Below, piece after piece: positions 18,255 through 27,265 of a stretch of 64,000 nt of DNA (its first letter is position 1; every line of letters starts with the position of its first letter). The position numbers were made by a program, and so were the translations under genes. The notes beneath the pieces were generated by a model, which was given only the letters and a program-made list of their open reading frames with translations, made no database searches and was not told where the DNA came from. Source of the DNA: a virus (taxonomy: Duplodnaviria; Heunggongvirae; Uroviricota; Caudoviricetes; Ackermannviridae); IMG/VR virus record IMGVR_UViG_2974499353_000001, positions 40,721 through 104,720 of that record; one strand, 5' to 3'.

Positions 18255-18800
18255 TCACTTTTTACCAAAAAACGATTTTAATAAATTATCAGGAATTTTT
18301 GGAAGACCTAATTTTGCCGCCAGTTCTTCTGGGGAATTACCCAAAATTTTTCTACCGTTGATGAGACCACCAACAAATTTGGTTCGATCTGTTGGACTGC
18401 GAAGGATAGTGGAGGCACCGCCAACTTTTGCGTCATACATAAGAATATGAGCGCCACGGTCACCGACGAAACGCCAGCCTTCCGCTTCAGTAACCTGACC
18501 TTTGTCAGCTGACTTGCCGAAGAAAAATTCAAAACCATCATGGACGGCAACAACTTCTTGGCCTTGGGTAATGCCGTGGGTCTGGTCTGGAGTTAGCTTC
18601 ACTTTGATGGTGTTGCCATTAGTCAATTCCAGATTATAGATGTCGGCCTGATTATCTGGAGTGATCTGGGTCACGGTGGCACCAGTACACCATTGGGTTC
18701 CGTCGGCCTGTTTGGTGATGGTTACACTTTTGCCTTGTATGCCGCCATGAGTTTGCGGTTGTTGAGCTTGTTCTTTAAAATATTCGATAAACGGTTTCAT
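18255..18800 (-). CDS. Hypothetical protein (about 181 aa), starting MKPFIEY
   Basis: SD AGGAGAT upstream of the internal ATG. Confidence 0.5.
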   Translation of the reverse strand: MKPFIEYFKEQAQQPQTHGGIQGKSVTITKQADGTQWCTGATVTQITPDNQADIYNLELTNGNTIKVKLTPDQTHGITQGQEVVAVHDGFEFFFGKSADKGQVTEAEGWRFVGDRGAHILMYDAKVGGASTILRSPTDRTKFVGGLINGRKILGNSPEELAAKLGLPKIPDNLLKSFFGKK

Positions 18801-18829
18801 CGTGGATCTCCTAAGGATTTTGATGTATT

Positions 18830-18850
18830 TAGCCCCCGAAGGGGCTTTAT
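18830..18850 (-). terminator. Terminator AGCCCCCGAAGGGGCTTTA. The same 19-mer also occurs at 322..340.
   Basis: Perfect hairpin after the 811-aa gene. Confidence 0.6.
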
Positions 18851-18852
18851 GA

Positions 18853-21288
18853 TCAGATCTTAATCTGAAGATTGCCGCCCAGGGACTGCTCATACTCACT
18901 GTATGCGCTTTCCCCGTTGCTTGCCGCCCATTCGTCGGACTGCTGGGCACGAGCCAGAGTCATCAAGTTTGGCTCTGTCGGGTTATATCCCTTCGATTTC
19001 GCATCGTTGTATACCGTTTGCAGGTACTGGTTAGCACGGTTGATCTGATCTTTGAACTCACGATATGCGCCTTCGGTTGTGTTGCGACGGAAGGTGATAT
19101 CCCAGTCCACATTCAAGGTTTGGCCATCGCGGCTGGCGTAGATCTGCCAATCCAGGTCGCGGCCTTTCGGGGCGTTGTCTCGGATGGAACCAGCGTATGT
19201 CGCGAGGTCAACGCCAGTTTTCTTCGCAGTACTAGACTGCTCTTTCTCAAGGCGTTCCGTTTCTTTGCCAAGGATGTTCAGCATGGTCTCTGTTGCACGA
19301 CGGTCACCCATGTTGTGGCCACGCCATAGAACTTCACCCTTGTCATCCACGTGGATATCATCGAGGAAGACTTGCATCGGGTTGTAGTTCTCGCTCGTAA
19401 GGGTCTGCATGTTACGGGCAACCATTTGCATCGTCTCCGACCAACTGTCGAGGGTCTCCTGAACAAATTCCTTAGTCAACGGGAGTTCGTACGTCTTCGG
19501 ATTGTTCAGGGTACGACCTTTGTTAGAGACCATAGGCGTGATCGCCACTTTGCCTTTGTCGTAATAATATGTCACGTTAGTCGTCATCACAGCGCCGTCA
19601 TACTTCCCGCCTTTCGGGAAATTGATACCAGACCAAGTGATGGACATGCCATTGACTGTCTCACCAAACACCATGGCGTTGCGTGGTATCTTCAGGGTTC
19701 CAGAGTTGACCAGATTAGCGCCCTGAGCATTCAGGTCGATAGAACCATAGATTGCCCCGCTACGGTCTTTCAGCATCAGAGTCTTGTCACCTTTCTCTGG
19801 GATGATTTCCAGGAGATGCTTGCCGCGCAGAGGCTCTTTGTTGAGTTCCAGCAGAGCAGTCTTTCCTGGTTTCACGCGATTCAGGAGAGCGTCGGACACT
19901 TTCAGAGTCCAGTTGGCTGTTTCAACATAACCCCAACCCTGAGAATGACGGATGGCCTTGATAGGATATGGGGCGCTCATTGGCACCGCATTGATTTCCC
20001 ATTCACCGCGATACTGATGTTCGGCAACGTAGGTGACCGTTTCCATGATTTCGTTGGCCACGCGACGGGCATCACCAGAGATGACACCAGGCTGGGATTC
20101 GATTTCAGAGAACACACTGTATTTCAGATTCTTACCGTCGACTGAATCGAAGCTAACAATTATCACCAGACCGCCTTTGGTTTGATAACGCGCCTGTCCT
20201 ATCTTCTTAATGCTTTCTCCTGGTAGATAGCTTGCTTTCTGGTCGATATTGGTGTCAATGATACCCAGAACACGGGCAACGAAACCGCTGTCGATCAGTT
20301 GCTGGATGCTGTTGGCACCAACCGTTGTGTTGGAGTCGGCGGTATTATTCGCGGAGATAACGTCTTCCACATTCAAATTAAACAATTGTTTTCCGGCGAA
20401 ATCCAAAGCAATAAATTCATATTTCATGCCGCTGCGGGTACTCGTCGTGTTGGTTTTGATCTCCCCAGTATATTGCCCTGGATTTGTCTTTTGCATGAAA
20501 TTCGTAATCGCAGCTGAAGGGTGTTTCATACCAGAAATGATTTTAGCCGCCTTTGGATCAGTGAAAGACACCACAGGTTTGCGCCCGTCCATAACCGAGA
20601 TATTGTTCCCAGAAACAGAAATGCTGAGGTTTTCCATTTCAGAACGGAAGTCAACACCAACAACAATGTTTGAGTTGGAATTGTTCCCAACACCCACACC
20701 AGTGGCGTTGTTCTGAACTGGAACGTCGCCGACTTTATCTGGATCATCCCAGGTGATACCCTGCATCTTCGGACCGTCAAAGACCTGAGCCGGATCCTTG
20801 CCTTTCTTGACAAGCCAAACATAGCCGCGATCAGGGACAGGAGCGTAGGTCAGGTCCATGACGTTTAGCTTTTGTTTTAGGCCGGACTGGCGGATTATCT
20901 TTGGAATGAGTGTCATTCCGCGATCGAGCGCTTTCTTGGAGAAGTTCACGGCGAACCCGTCGATGGTCTTACCCAGAGGAGTGACCAAGAATTGCTTTGT
21001 CGCTTCTATCATAGAGGCGATGACACGCATTGGATTCTTGAATCTAGCGATCATGTCAGGGTAGGTGCTGCCGCGTTTCTGACCGATGAATACCTGGCGG
21101 ACATTCTTACCCAGACCTTGCGGGGTATAGAACTGGATGCGGTATTCCTTTTCATCTTCGTCGATGAATGTGAAGAACACATCACCTGCGTTCTTCTTAC
21201 CCATAGTCAGTTCATACGGGGCTGAGTTGAACGCTTCGTCTAATTGGTTTCTTTCCTGCATGAACTGGAGGAAACTTGGCTTTGACAT
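18853..21288 (-). CDS. Large orphan protein (811 aa), possibly virion-associated
   Basis: Long clean ORF with SD AGGAGAT. Central Ser/Asn/Gly-rich low-complexity region (GVGVGNNSNSNIVVG). Weak N-terminal resemblance to T4 Alt, which I could not support. Confidence 0.65.
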   Translation of the reverse strand: MSKPSFLQFMQERNQLDEAFNSAPYELTMGKKNAGDVFFTFIDEDEKEYRIQFYTPQGLGKNVRQVFIGQKRGSTYPDMIARFKNPMRVIASMIEATKQFLVTPLGKTIDGFAVNFSKKALDRGMTLIPKIIRQSGLKQKLNVMDLTYAPVPDRGYVWLVKKGKDPAQVFDGPKMQGITWDDPDKVGDVPVQNNATGVGVGNNSNSNIVVGVDFRSEMENLSISVSGNNISVMDGRKPVVSFTDPKAAKIISGMKHPSAAITNFMQKTNPGQYTGEIKTNTTSTRSGMKYEFIALDFAGKQLFNLNVEDVISANNTADSNTTVGANSIQQLIDSGFVARVLGIIDTNIDQKASYLPGESIKKIGQARYQTKGGLVIIVSFDSVDGKNLKYSVFSEIESQPGVISGDARRVANEIMETVTYVAEHQYRGEWEINAVPMSAPYPIKAIRHSQGWGYVETANWTLKVSDALLNRVKPGKTALLELNKEPLRGKHLLEIIPEKGDKTLMLKDRSGAIYGSIDLNAQGANLVNSGTLKIPRNAMVFGETVNGMSITWSGINFPKGGKYDGAVMTTNVTYYYDKGKVAITPMVSNKGRTLNNPKTYELPLTKEFVQETLDSWSETMQMVARNMQTLTSENYNPMQVFLDDIHVDDKGEVLWRGHNMGDRRATETMLNILGKETERLEKEQSSTAKKTGVDLATYAGSIRDNAPKGRDLDWQIYASRDGQTLNVDWDITFRRNTTEGAYREFKDQINRANQYLQTVYNDAKSKGYNPTEPNLMTLARAQQSDEWAASNGESAYSEYEQSLGGNLQIKI

Positions 21289-21365
21289 TTTGTATCTCCT
21301 GATAATAAATCGGTGCGGTTTTCCTTAATTAGCGAAAAGAAAGGGGCGTTATATGCCCCAGAGTC

Positions 21366-21641
21366 TTAACGACGGAAAGGACGGTTAGCGTTTTCGCGGT
21401 TAGACCAATTCTTTTCAGCCTGGGTAAGCGCCGCAGGACTCCATTCGCGTTCCCACTCTTTGTCGACTTCGGCTTGGTTGGCGGGTTCAACAATTTCAAC
21501 GCCAGGGAAATCACGTGCCATAATTTCACGTAATTGTTCAGAAGGAGCAGTTTGAGCGTGTACTAATTCTTCGCCGTTATAAACCTTGGCCATGAGCCAT
21601 TTACTGCCGTAACGAATATATGCGTCGAGGATGATTTTCAT
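21366..21641 (-). CDS. Hypothetical small protein (about 91 aa)
   Basis: Start ATG preceded by the conserved leader TTGAAAAGCAGGAACTATATT. Early cassette upstream. Confidence 0.5.
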   Translation of the reverse strand: MKIILDAYIRYGSKWLMAKVYNGEELVHAQTAPSEQLREIMARDFPGVEIVEPANQAEVDKEWEREWSPAALTQAEKNWSNRENANRPFRR

Positions 21642-21689
21642 AATATAGTTCCTGCTTTTCAAGTTGGTGTCGTACTGCTTATGTTTAGA

Positions 21690-21755
21690 ATTATACGGCA
21701 GTTATTGAAGAAGTAAAGGGGCGTTTGCCCCTTTTATTGAATTATTTTAAGGTGT
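21690..21755 (-). promoter_or_regulatory. Early promoter cassette (hairpin GGGGCAAACGCCCC, CTTTAC, TTCTTCAATAA, TATAAT)
   Basis: The 16-mer TTATTGAAGAAGTAAA is identical to the one at about 56914..56929. Confidence 0.55.
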
Positions 21756-22385
21756 GGGGTTTACCACAGGGATATGAGACCTGATTTCAAAAACGATGTC
21801 TTTCAGTTGAGGCTTCCAACCGTCTACCAGGCGGGACAACGCATTGGAACCAGGATAGACAATAATGATATCGCTTCCGGTTACGTTATGCTGGGGGAAT
21901 TGTGACATGTATTGCTCCATCGTCACACCTGCGTCAATTAATACAGGACCAACATCAGAAGACGCATATGTCGCACCCAGACCGTCAACACCCCAGGCCA
22001 GAATTCCATAGTCGGGAATATTGGCTTCGGATGTTATGGTGTATCCAAAGATACGATTCAACGCTGAGAAATCATATACATTGTGAGCACTATCATATGT
22101 CAAATAACCTTTCACCAACATATCAGCAAAGATTGCATCTGTATCACCAGCGGCTAGGGTCGGAACGGTAAAGAGTAGTTCACCTGCTGGAGGAGTAGGA
22201 TAAGTGCTGAGAGCGTAAAGGCACCATGCGTCTATACATTTCTTGATAAACGCTTCGGGTGCGACATAATCCGCAAGGCGCATTGTACCGGAATATTCTG
22301 AAGTAATGATCCCTTCCTTCGCGCCCTGAATAGCCAGAAACACCATTATGTGTTCATATCCGGTCTGAGATGGAGTGATATTCAT
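21747..22385 (-). CDS. Hypothetical protein (212 aa), translationally coupled to the upstream lytic transglycosylase gene
   Basis: ATGA overlap with the upstream gene. Confidence 0.5.
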   Translation of the reverse strand: MNITPSQTGYEHIMVFLAIQGAKEGIITSEYSGTMRLADYVAPEAFIKKCIDAWCLYALSTYPTPPAGELLFTVPTLAAGDTDAIFADMLVKGYLTYDSAHNVYDFSALNRIFGYTITSEANIPDYGILAWGVDGLGATYASSDVGPVLIDAGVTMEQYMSQFPQHNVTGSDIIIVYPGSNALSRLVDGWKPQLKDIVFEIRSHIPVVNPTP

Positions 22386-23002
22386 TATCTGGTCCTCTTG
22401 AGTTTCTCAATCGTGCGCTTATTCATGGCGATCACTCCTGGGTCGACCTTTGGGTTTATTGCCATGCTTTTGAAAGACACACATCGTTGAAGATATTTAG
22501 CCTTCTTCACGACGTCGGCTGCATAAGAATTGGATTTCTGGTTACGATTGAACCCAGCATTGTAAGAGGAAAGGGATTTGCGGATGTTTTGGTTGTGATA
22601 TTCTAGCCAGAAATTCATTTCATCAAGGGCAGCATTGGCAGCATATTCTTGATTGACCAGTAATTTGATCGCGACATTGGCGTAACACTTCTGTGTTTTG
22701 CAGCCCTCCCGTTTCCCGACGGTTTGGACTCGATTTTGGAATGCTCCCATATTAGCCGATTTCAGGTTATTACGCATGGATACTACATCTTCTCCTGCGC
22801 GGCTTTCCCTCCATGATATTGCGGCTAGGGTGAAACCAAGGTCTTGCTGTTTGCCCACGTGATAGGCAGTGGCCATGGTTGAAAGTTGCTGATCAGAAAA
22901 TTCGTAATCACATTGGGTGGTACTTTGGGAAGCGTGCACACTCCCGCTGGCAATGGTAAAGGTCACGGACAAGGCCATGGCCTTCAACGTTGTCATCGTC
23001 AT
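22385..23002 (-). CDS. Secreted soluble lytic transglycosylase (SLT domain) with an N-terminal signal peptide
   Basis: Signal peptide MTMTTLKAMALSVTFTIASGSVHA/S. SLT motifs AISWRESRAG (the ES motif), GAFQ and SYNAGF. Confidence 0.7.
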   Translation of the reverse strand: MTMTTLKAMALSVTFTIASGSVHASQSTTQCDYEFSDQQLSTMATAYHVGKQQDLGFTLAAISWRESRAGEDVVSMRNNLKSANMGAFQNRVQTVGKREGCKTQKCYANVAIKLLVNQEYAANAALDEMNFWLEYHNQNIRKSLSSYNAGFNRNQKSNSYAADVVKKAKYLQRCVSFKSMAINPKVDPGVIAMNKRTIEKLKRTR

Positions 23003-23068
23003 GATGGCGTTCCTTATGTGTTTGTCGACTTGCAGCTCGATTGAGCCTCCTGACAGGGTTAAAAGATA

Positions 23069-23094
23069 AAGGGCACGAGATATTTAGTGCCCTT
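23069..23094. terminator. Hairpin AAGGGCACGAGATATTTAGTGCCCTT
   Basis: Perfect 8-bp stem in an intergenic region. Confidence 0.5.
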
Positions 23095-23098
23095 CACC

Positions 23099-23383
23099 TT
23101 ATTCGTAGATCAGATGATATGATTCCTCAATGCACTCCAACCAGCCGTAGACAAACTCCATAGGGTCATCCCATGCCATATTGGTTGCGACAGTAAAGTT
23201 CCCATCCAGTATTTGCATATCAGAGTATTTGTTGAAACCCAAGACGGCATCAACAACGATAAGCCCACCTTGCTCTAAATAACGTTTTGGTGTCAATGTT
23301 ACCTGATAATGTTTATTTCGCTGATTCCATAATTCTACAGCGATATCACAAGCAATCTGAATTTCATCTTTCTCTTCTGACAT
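23099..23383 (-). CDS. Hypothetical acidic protein (94 aa)
   Basis: ORF track. Confidence 0.45.
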   Translation of the reverse strand: MSEEKDEIQIACDIAVELWNQRNKHYQVTLTPKRYLEQGGLIVVDAVLGFNKYSDMQILDGNFTVATNMAWDDPMEFVYGWLECIEESYHLIYE

Positions 23384-23502
23384 ATGTTTGTCTCAAATAT
23401 TCAGTAAAAGATTTACCCAACTTACGGAATAGTTTAATACGACCGATCACTTTGACGTAAACATCCCCGTGGCAGGGGCGTGGTTTACACCAGCACTAAC
23501 CA

Positions 23503-23817
23503 TCATGTCATGTCCTCATAATTAGATAGATTGATCAGGAAGGACAGATTCCGGTCTTCGACAAGGTCAATTGCCTTGCGACTGCCCACAGCCTCACATG
23601 TCCAATACTTGTAATTCCCTGCGATCTTCATCGCCAAACGGATAACGCGCAGCTTCATCTGGTACTGGGCGACTTGGTAGCGGACACGCGTCTTCTTGCG
23701 CCAGCATTGATTCTCCGCTTTGTACTTGTAGAGGATCATCAGGCGAACGGCTTTGTACAGGCGCTTTTCAGCGCCCTTGGATTTCTTTGATACACGAATC
23801 AGGCTACCCATGATCAA
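23503..23817 (-). CDS. Hypothetical basic protein (104 aa) downstream of gene 46
   Basis: ORF track. Overlaps the stop codon of gene 46. Confidence 0.45.
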   Translation of the reverse strand: MIMGSLIRVSKKSKGAEKRLYKAVRLMILYKYKAENQCWRKKTRVRYQVAQYQMKLRVIRLAMKIAGNYKYWTCEAVGSRKAIDLVEDRNLSFLINLSNYEDMT

Positions 23818-26147
23818 TCCTTCTTAATCACTTCGGTCATGCCATTACGCAGACCATAACGAATGTTATGTTGGAAATATTCTTGGAACTCCTGTTCACG
23901 CTGACTGATGACAAACAGATTGTTCCCACCAAATTTATGTTTCAACATCTCGACGGATTCTTGAACCCCTCGCTCACTCATGTTTTCGAGTATCTCATCC
24001 AACACGAAGAGGTTACATTGTACAGACGCCTTCAGGTTAGCGACGTCCCGTAGGGCTAATGTCACAGCCAGATTGAGTCGGCTGCGTTGTCCTGTAGACA
24101 GGGAGAATATGCTTTGCCCTTTACGACCAGCAGCGCTCATGGTGATTTCAAATGTATCATCAACAGCAATATCCAAGAACATATTGAGTGCTTCAAGATA
24201 CTCGTTTATTTTACTATTGAGGAAAGGCAAATACAGGCTGATAATTCGAGCCTTGGTCTGATCATCTTTTAGGAAGAACAGAAGATGGTTCAGGTCTTGC
24301 AATTTCTCATCCAACTCTACGCGCCGCGCATTCAGATCTTCCATTAATGCCGTGATGCGAGCGATCTCTTCTTCCAGGGCGTCAGTTGGTGTCGGCTTAA
24401 CCGCCAATTTACGCTCTAAATCAGCAATGGATGCCTCCAGAGGGGCACGGCGTGATTTCAGGCTGGTGAGTTTATCAGCCGTGTCGTTGATACTCTTAGA
24501 GAGCTGCTCACGGGCTTGACGGATTGACGTCGTGATATCTTCGTAACGGGTGTCTACGGCCTTGAGGACGTCGTTAATTTTGGACTGTTGTTCCCGCTGT
24601 AAAGATGTTTTCTCAACAGCAGCGACATCATAGAATCCTTGGATGTCGCGTTTTAATGTAGCGATCGCCGATTCCGCTTCTCGGATTTCATTGCGCAAAG
24701 CATCCAGTTCTTTGTCAATAACCGAAATCTGAGAAGATAATTCTGAATCTCTGACATTGTAATTCTCAATCAGGGAATTCACTTCTTCTAGGGCTGTATC
24801 AACCTGAAGAATCTTGTCAGTCAGTTCACTGATTTGTGGATAATATTGACTTTCAATGCGTGATTTGGTATCGTCCGACACTAATTGCGTACACGTAGGG
24901 CAAGTGCCCATATCGTGGAAACGTTTGATGGCAGATTCATGTCCTTCCATTTCTGTTACGAATTTGATACGGAAGTTCTCACCCTGCTGACGCCGCGCTA
25001 ATGCTTTGTTCAGTTCATCCAGGTTAGCATTCCGTTGGCTAACCAGATCATTTTTACGTTCCGCGACTACCGCCATTCTCTCCCGAATTTCTTGTAATGA
25101 ACGTTCGCCATCAGACACCTCGATACGCTCATAGTCTTCAGCCTTGGTATCAGCCTCATCCTGAACCGCTTGAATTTTGGCAAAATACTCGTCATTGATG
25201 GAATCGATATCCACCTTCATTTCAGCGTTCAGGCGATTACGGACTTCTGATAATTCTGATTCCAATTTAGAGTCTTGAGCACGGGACTCTGTCAGTTGTT
25301 CCTGCACTGCGTTGATATCTGAATTCAGGCTATTCAGACGTTCCTTCTCTTGGACAAGGATATCCGCAGATTGTTGCTGGATCATCGCATTGGAATTATT
25401 GATCTGTTCCAACTGCGCTTGCTGGCCTTTTAAATTTACATCATGAAAGGCGTAATCATTGGTGACCGTCGTGAGTTCATTCGTTACTGTCTTGATAGAT
25501 GCTTTTACATCTTCATTCATCAGACTGAAGAACCCCAAATCCCAGATTGTCTCTACCATAGCGCGACGGTCGGCAGTGTACATTTCCGTGAATGGGATGA
25601 ACTTCTCTTTGCCTAGAACCAGGGAGTTCTCAAACATCTTCTGGTCTACGCCAATCAGGTTCACAATATATTTGTTCATGTCGGCTTTGGCCGCATCATT
25701 CACGACCTGCTTCCACTCACCGTCTACCATCTGATAGACTTCTACGAAATCAGGTTTGATACCACGACGGACTTTCCATTCACTTCCTCGAGTGGAGAAC
25801 TCAACTTCACCCACGCATTCCTTTTTGTTTTGGGAATTGACTAATCCGGCTTTCTTTTCTTTCTTGCTATATGTGTCATTATACAGAACGAAGAACAGCA
25901 GCCAGACAAGCATGGTGGATTTACCAGCGCCATTGTCATCGGATGTAACCAAGGTTGCCGAATTGCGTTGGTAATCAATTTCCATGAATTCATTACCGAT
26001 AGAACGGAAGTTTTTAGCGCGACCGCGATGGAAAGTCAGTTTGTGGGTAATTTCCCCACGAATTTCAAATGGTACTTCAACAGAAACAGGAGTGTCCGCT
26101 TCTTTCAACAGCGAACCAAATTTTGATAATAGGTCTACATTGTTCAT
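23814..26147 (-). CDS. 46: Recombination endonuclease subunit gp46 (SbcC/Rad50-like ATPase)
   Basis: Walker A motif DDNGAGKST, long coiled coil, zinc hook CPTC, signature LSTGQRSRL, Walker B motif LFVLDE. Confidence 0.85.
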   Translation of the reverse strand: MNNVDLLSKFGSLLKEADTPVSVEVPFEIRGEITHKLTFHRGRAKNFRSIGNEFMEIDYQRNSATLVTSDDNGAGKSTMLVWLLFFVLYNDTYSKKEKKAGLVNSQNKKECVGEVEFSTRGSEWKVRRGIKPDFVEVYQMVDGEWKQVVNDAAKADMNKYIVNLIGVDQKMFENSLVLGKEKFIPFTEMYTADRRAMVETIWDLGFFSLMNEDVKASIKTVTNELTTVTNDYAFHDVNLKGQQAQLEQINNSNAMIQQQSADILVQEKERLNSLNSDINAVQEQLTESRAQDSKLESELSEVRNRLNAEMKVDIDSINDEYFAKIQAVQDEADTKAEDYERIEVSDGERSLQEIRERMAVVAERKNDLVSQRNANLDELNKALARRQQGENFRIKFVTEMEGHESAIKRFHDMGTCPTCTQLVSDDTKSRIESQYYPQISELTDKILQVDTALEEVNSLIENYNVRDSELSSQISVIDKELDALRNEIREAESAIATLKRDIQGFYDVAAVEKTSLQREQQSKINDVLKAVDTRYEDITTSIRQAREQLSKSINDTADKLTSLKSRRAPLEASIADLERKLAVKPTPTDALEEEIARITALMEDLNARRVELDEKLQDLNHLLFFLKDDQTKARIISLYLPFLNSKINEYLEALNMFLDIAVDDTFEITMSAAGRKGQSIFSLSTGQRSRLNLAVTLALRDVANLKASVQCNLFVLDEILENMSERGVQESVEMLKHKFGGNNLFVISQREQEFQEYFQHNIRYGLRNGMTEVIKKD

Positions 26148-26149
26148 TA

Positions 26150-27265
26150 TTATGCATCCAATGTGTTCAGGCGTTGTTGGGCAGCATTATAGAATTGTTC
26201 TGCTAATTTGCAAACATTTTCAGGGCGCTGGATATTATTGGCGGCGCGGATATCTTTCTTCAGGACTTCCACAGCATCAGTCGCCACCATCTCTTCAGTG
26301 ACTTCTACCTTCTCGGAAGCAACAGTAATCGTCCGATCGATGAAGTTGTAATCGATGCATTTACAGCGCTTCAATGCGTCACAGAACTTTTCATAATGCT
26401 TGGCATTGTCACGGTTCTGTACAATCACCTTAACGATTTGCCCTTCAATACCCAAAACATTGTTTAACCAATCGGGGTCGATCCAATTACCTTCAGTATC
26501 AGAAGACATTTGGGTGTAGTCGTATTCCACGAACCGGAACAACGTTTGTTGTTCGTTGTTGGGGATAAACAATTCCCCGCCATTCATGTCGTCTACATAG
26601 AATCCTCGGTTCGTCCCGTCTTTGTGGTCTTCCCAGGTAAGGTGATAAGGAGTCCCAATATACTGAATGTTACCTTCCATCGAACGGGTATGGAAATGTC
26701 CGGTATCCACGCGCTCGAATTTCGAAAGGAGCGCCACGTCGATCTGACCTTTATCACATACAGAGGACTGGTACATTTTGAACCCTGCCAACTCCAGATG
26801 CGCAAAACAGTACTTGGCGTCTGTATCTTGTATCGCTTTAATGGACGCATCATAGTTCTCTTTGTTAATCCACGGCAGTAGGAGGGTCTTGACACCTTCA
26901 ATCATTACTTCAGTTGGTTCGCTGTAATAATGATAAACATCCGGTGCCAATTCATTAAGATAAGAAGGCCAGTTAATGCGATTGGACTCTTCTAACGTGA
27001 TATCATGGTTGCCGACGATGCCATTCCATTTAATACCTGCTTTGCGCAGCGCTGGCGTCAATTCATCTTTCAACCAATCTTTATCGCGCCCATACATGAA
27101 TTTGCGAACATCAAACGTATCACCAAATTGCCACACTTCTTTAATATCGGCGTCAACCAATTCTGGAATAAAATAATTGATGAGATAATTCTTTATGAAT
27201 TCTCGAACGTAACGGGAACCATTACGGCTCCCGATATGTAAATCGCCTATTTTAGCAATCGCCAT
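26150..27265 (-). CDS. 47: Recombination endonuclease subunit gp47 (SbcD/Mre11-like nuclease)
   Basis: Calcineurin-like phosphoesterase motifs GDLHIG, GDTFD, GNHD. Size 371 aa. Confidence 0.85.
   Translation of the reverse strand: MAIAKIGDLHIGSRNGSRYVREFIKNYLINYFIPELVDADIKEVWQFGDTFDVRKFMYGRDKDWLKDELTPALRKAGIKWNGIVGNHDITLEESNRINWPSYLNELAPDVYHYYSEPTEVMIEGVKTLLLPWINKENYDASIKAIQDTDAKYCFAHLELAGFKMYQSSVCDKGQIDVALLSKFERVDTGHFHTRSMEGNIQYIGTPYHLTWEDHKDGTNRGFYVDDMNGGELFIPNNEQQTLFRFVEYDYTQMSSDTEGNWIDPDWLNNVLGIEGQIVKVIVQNRDNAKHYEKFCDALKRCKCIDYNFIDRTITVASEKVEVTEEMVATDAVEVLKKDIRAANNIQRPENVCKLAEQFYNAAQQRLNTLDA

Noticed and set aside
19351-20145. 264-aa plus-strand ORF inside the 811-aa minus-strand gene. 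Also 40936..41715, 58422..59264, 15134..15775, 49324..49914, 60259..60828, 62959..63522 and 42991..43539.
   Set aside because: All are embedded antisense to long minus-strand genes with clear homologs or SD sequences, have no SD of their own, and are rich in Arg/His/Cys/Phe as is typical of antisense frames.
18853-21288. Alt ADP-ribosyltransferase identity for the 811-aa protein
   Set aside because: There is only a vague N-terminal resemblance. The catalytic Arg, STS and ExE motifs were not found.
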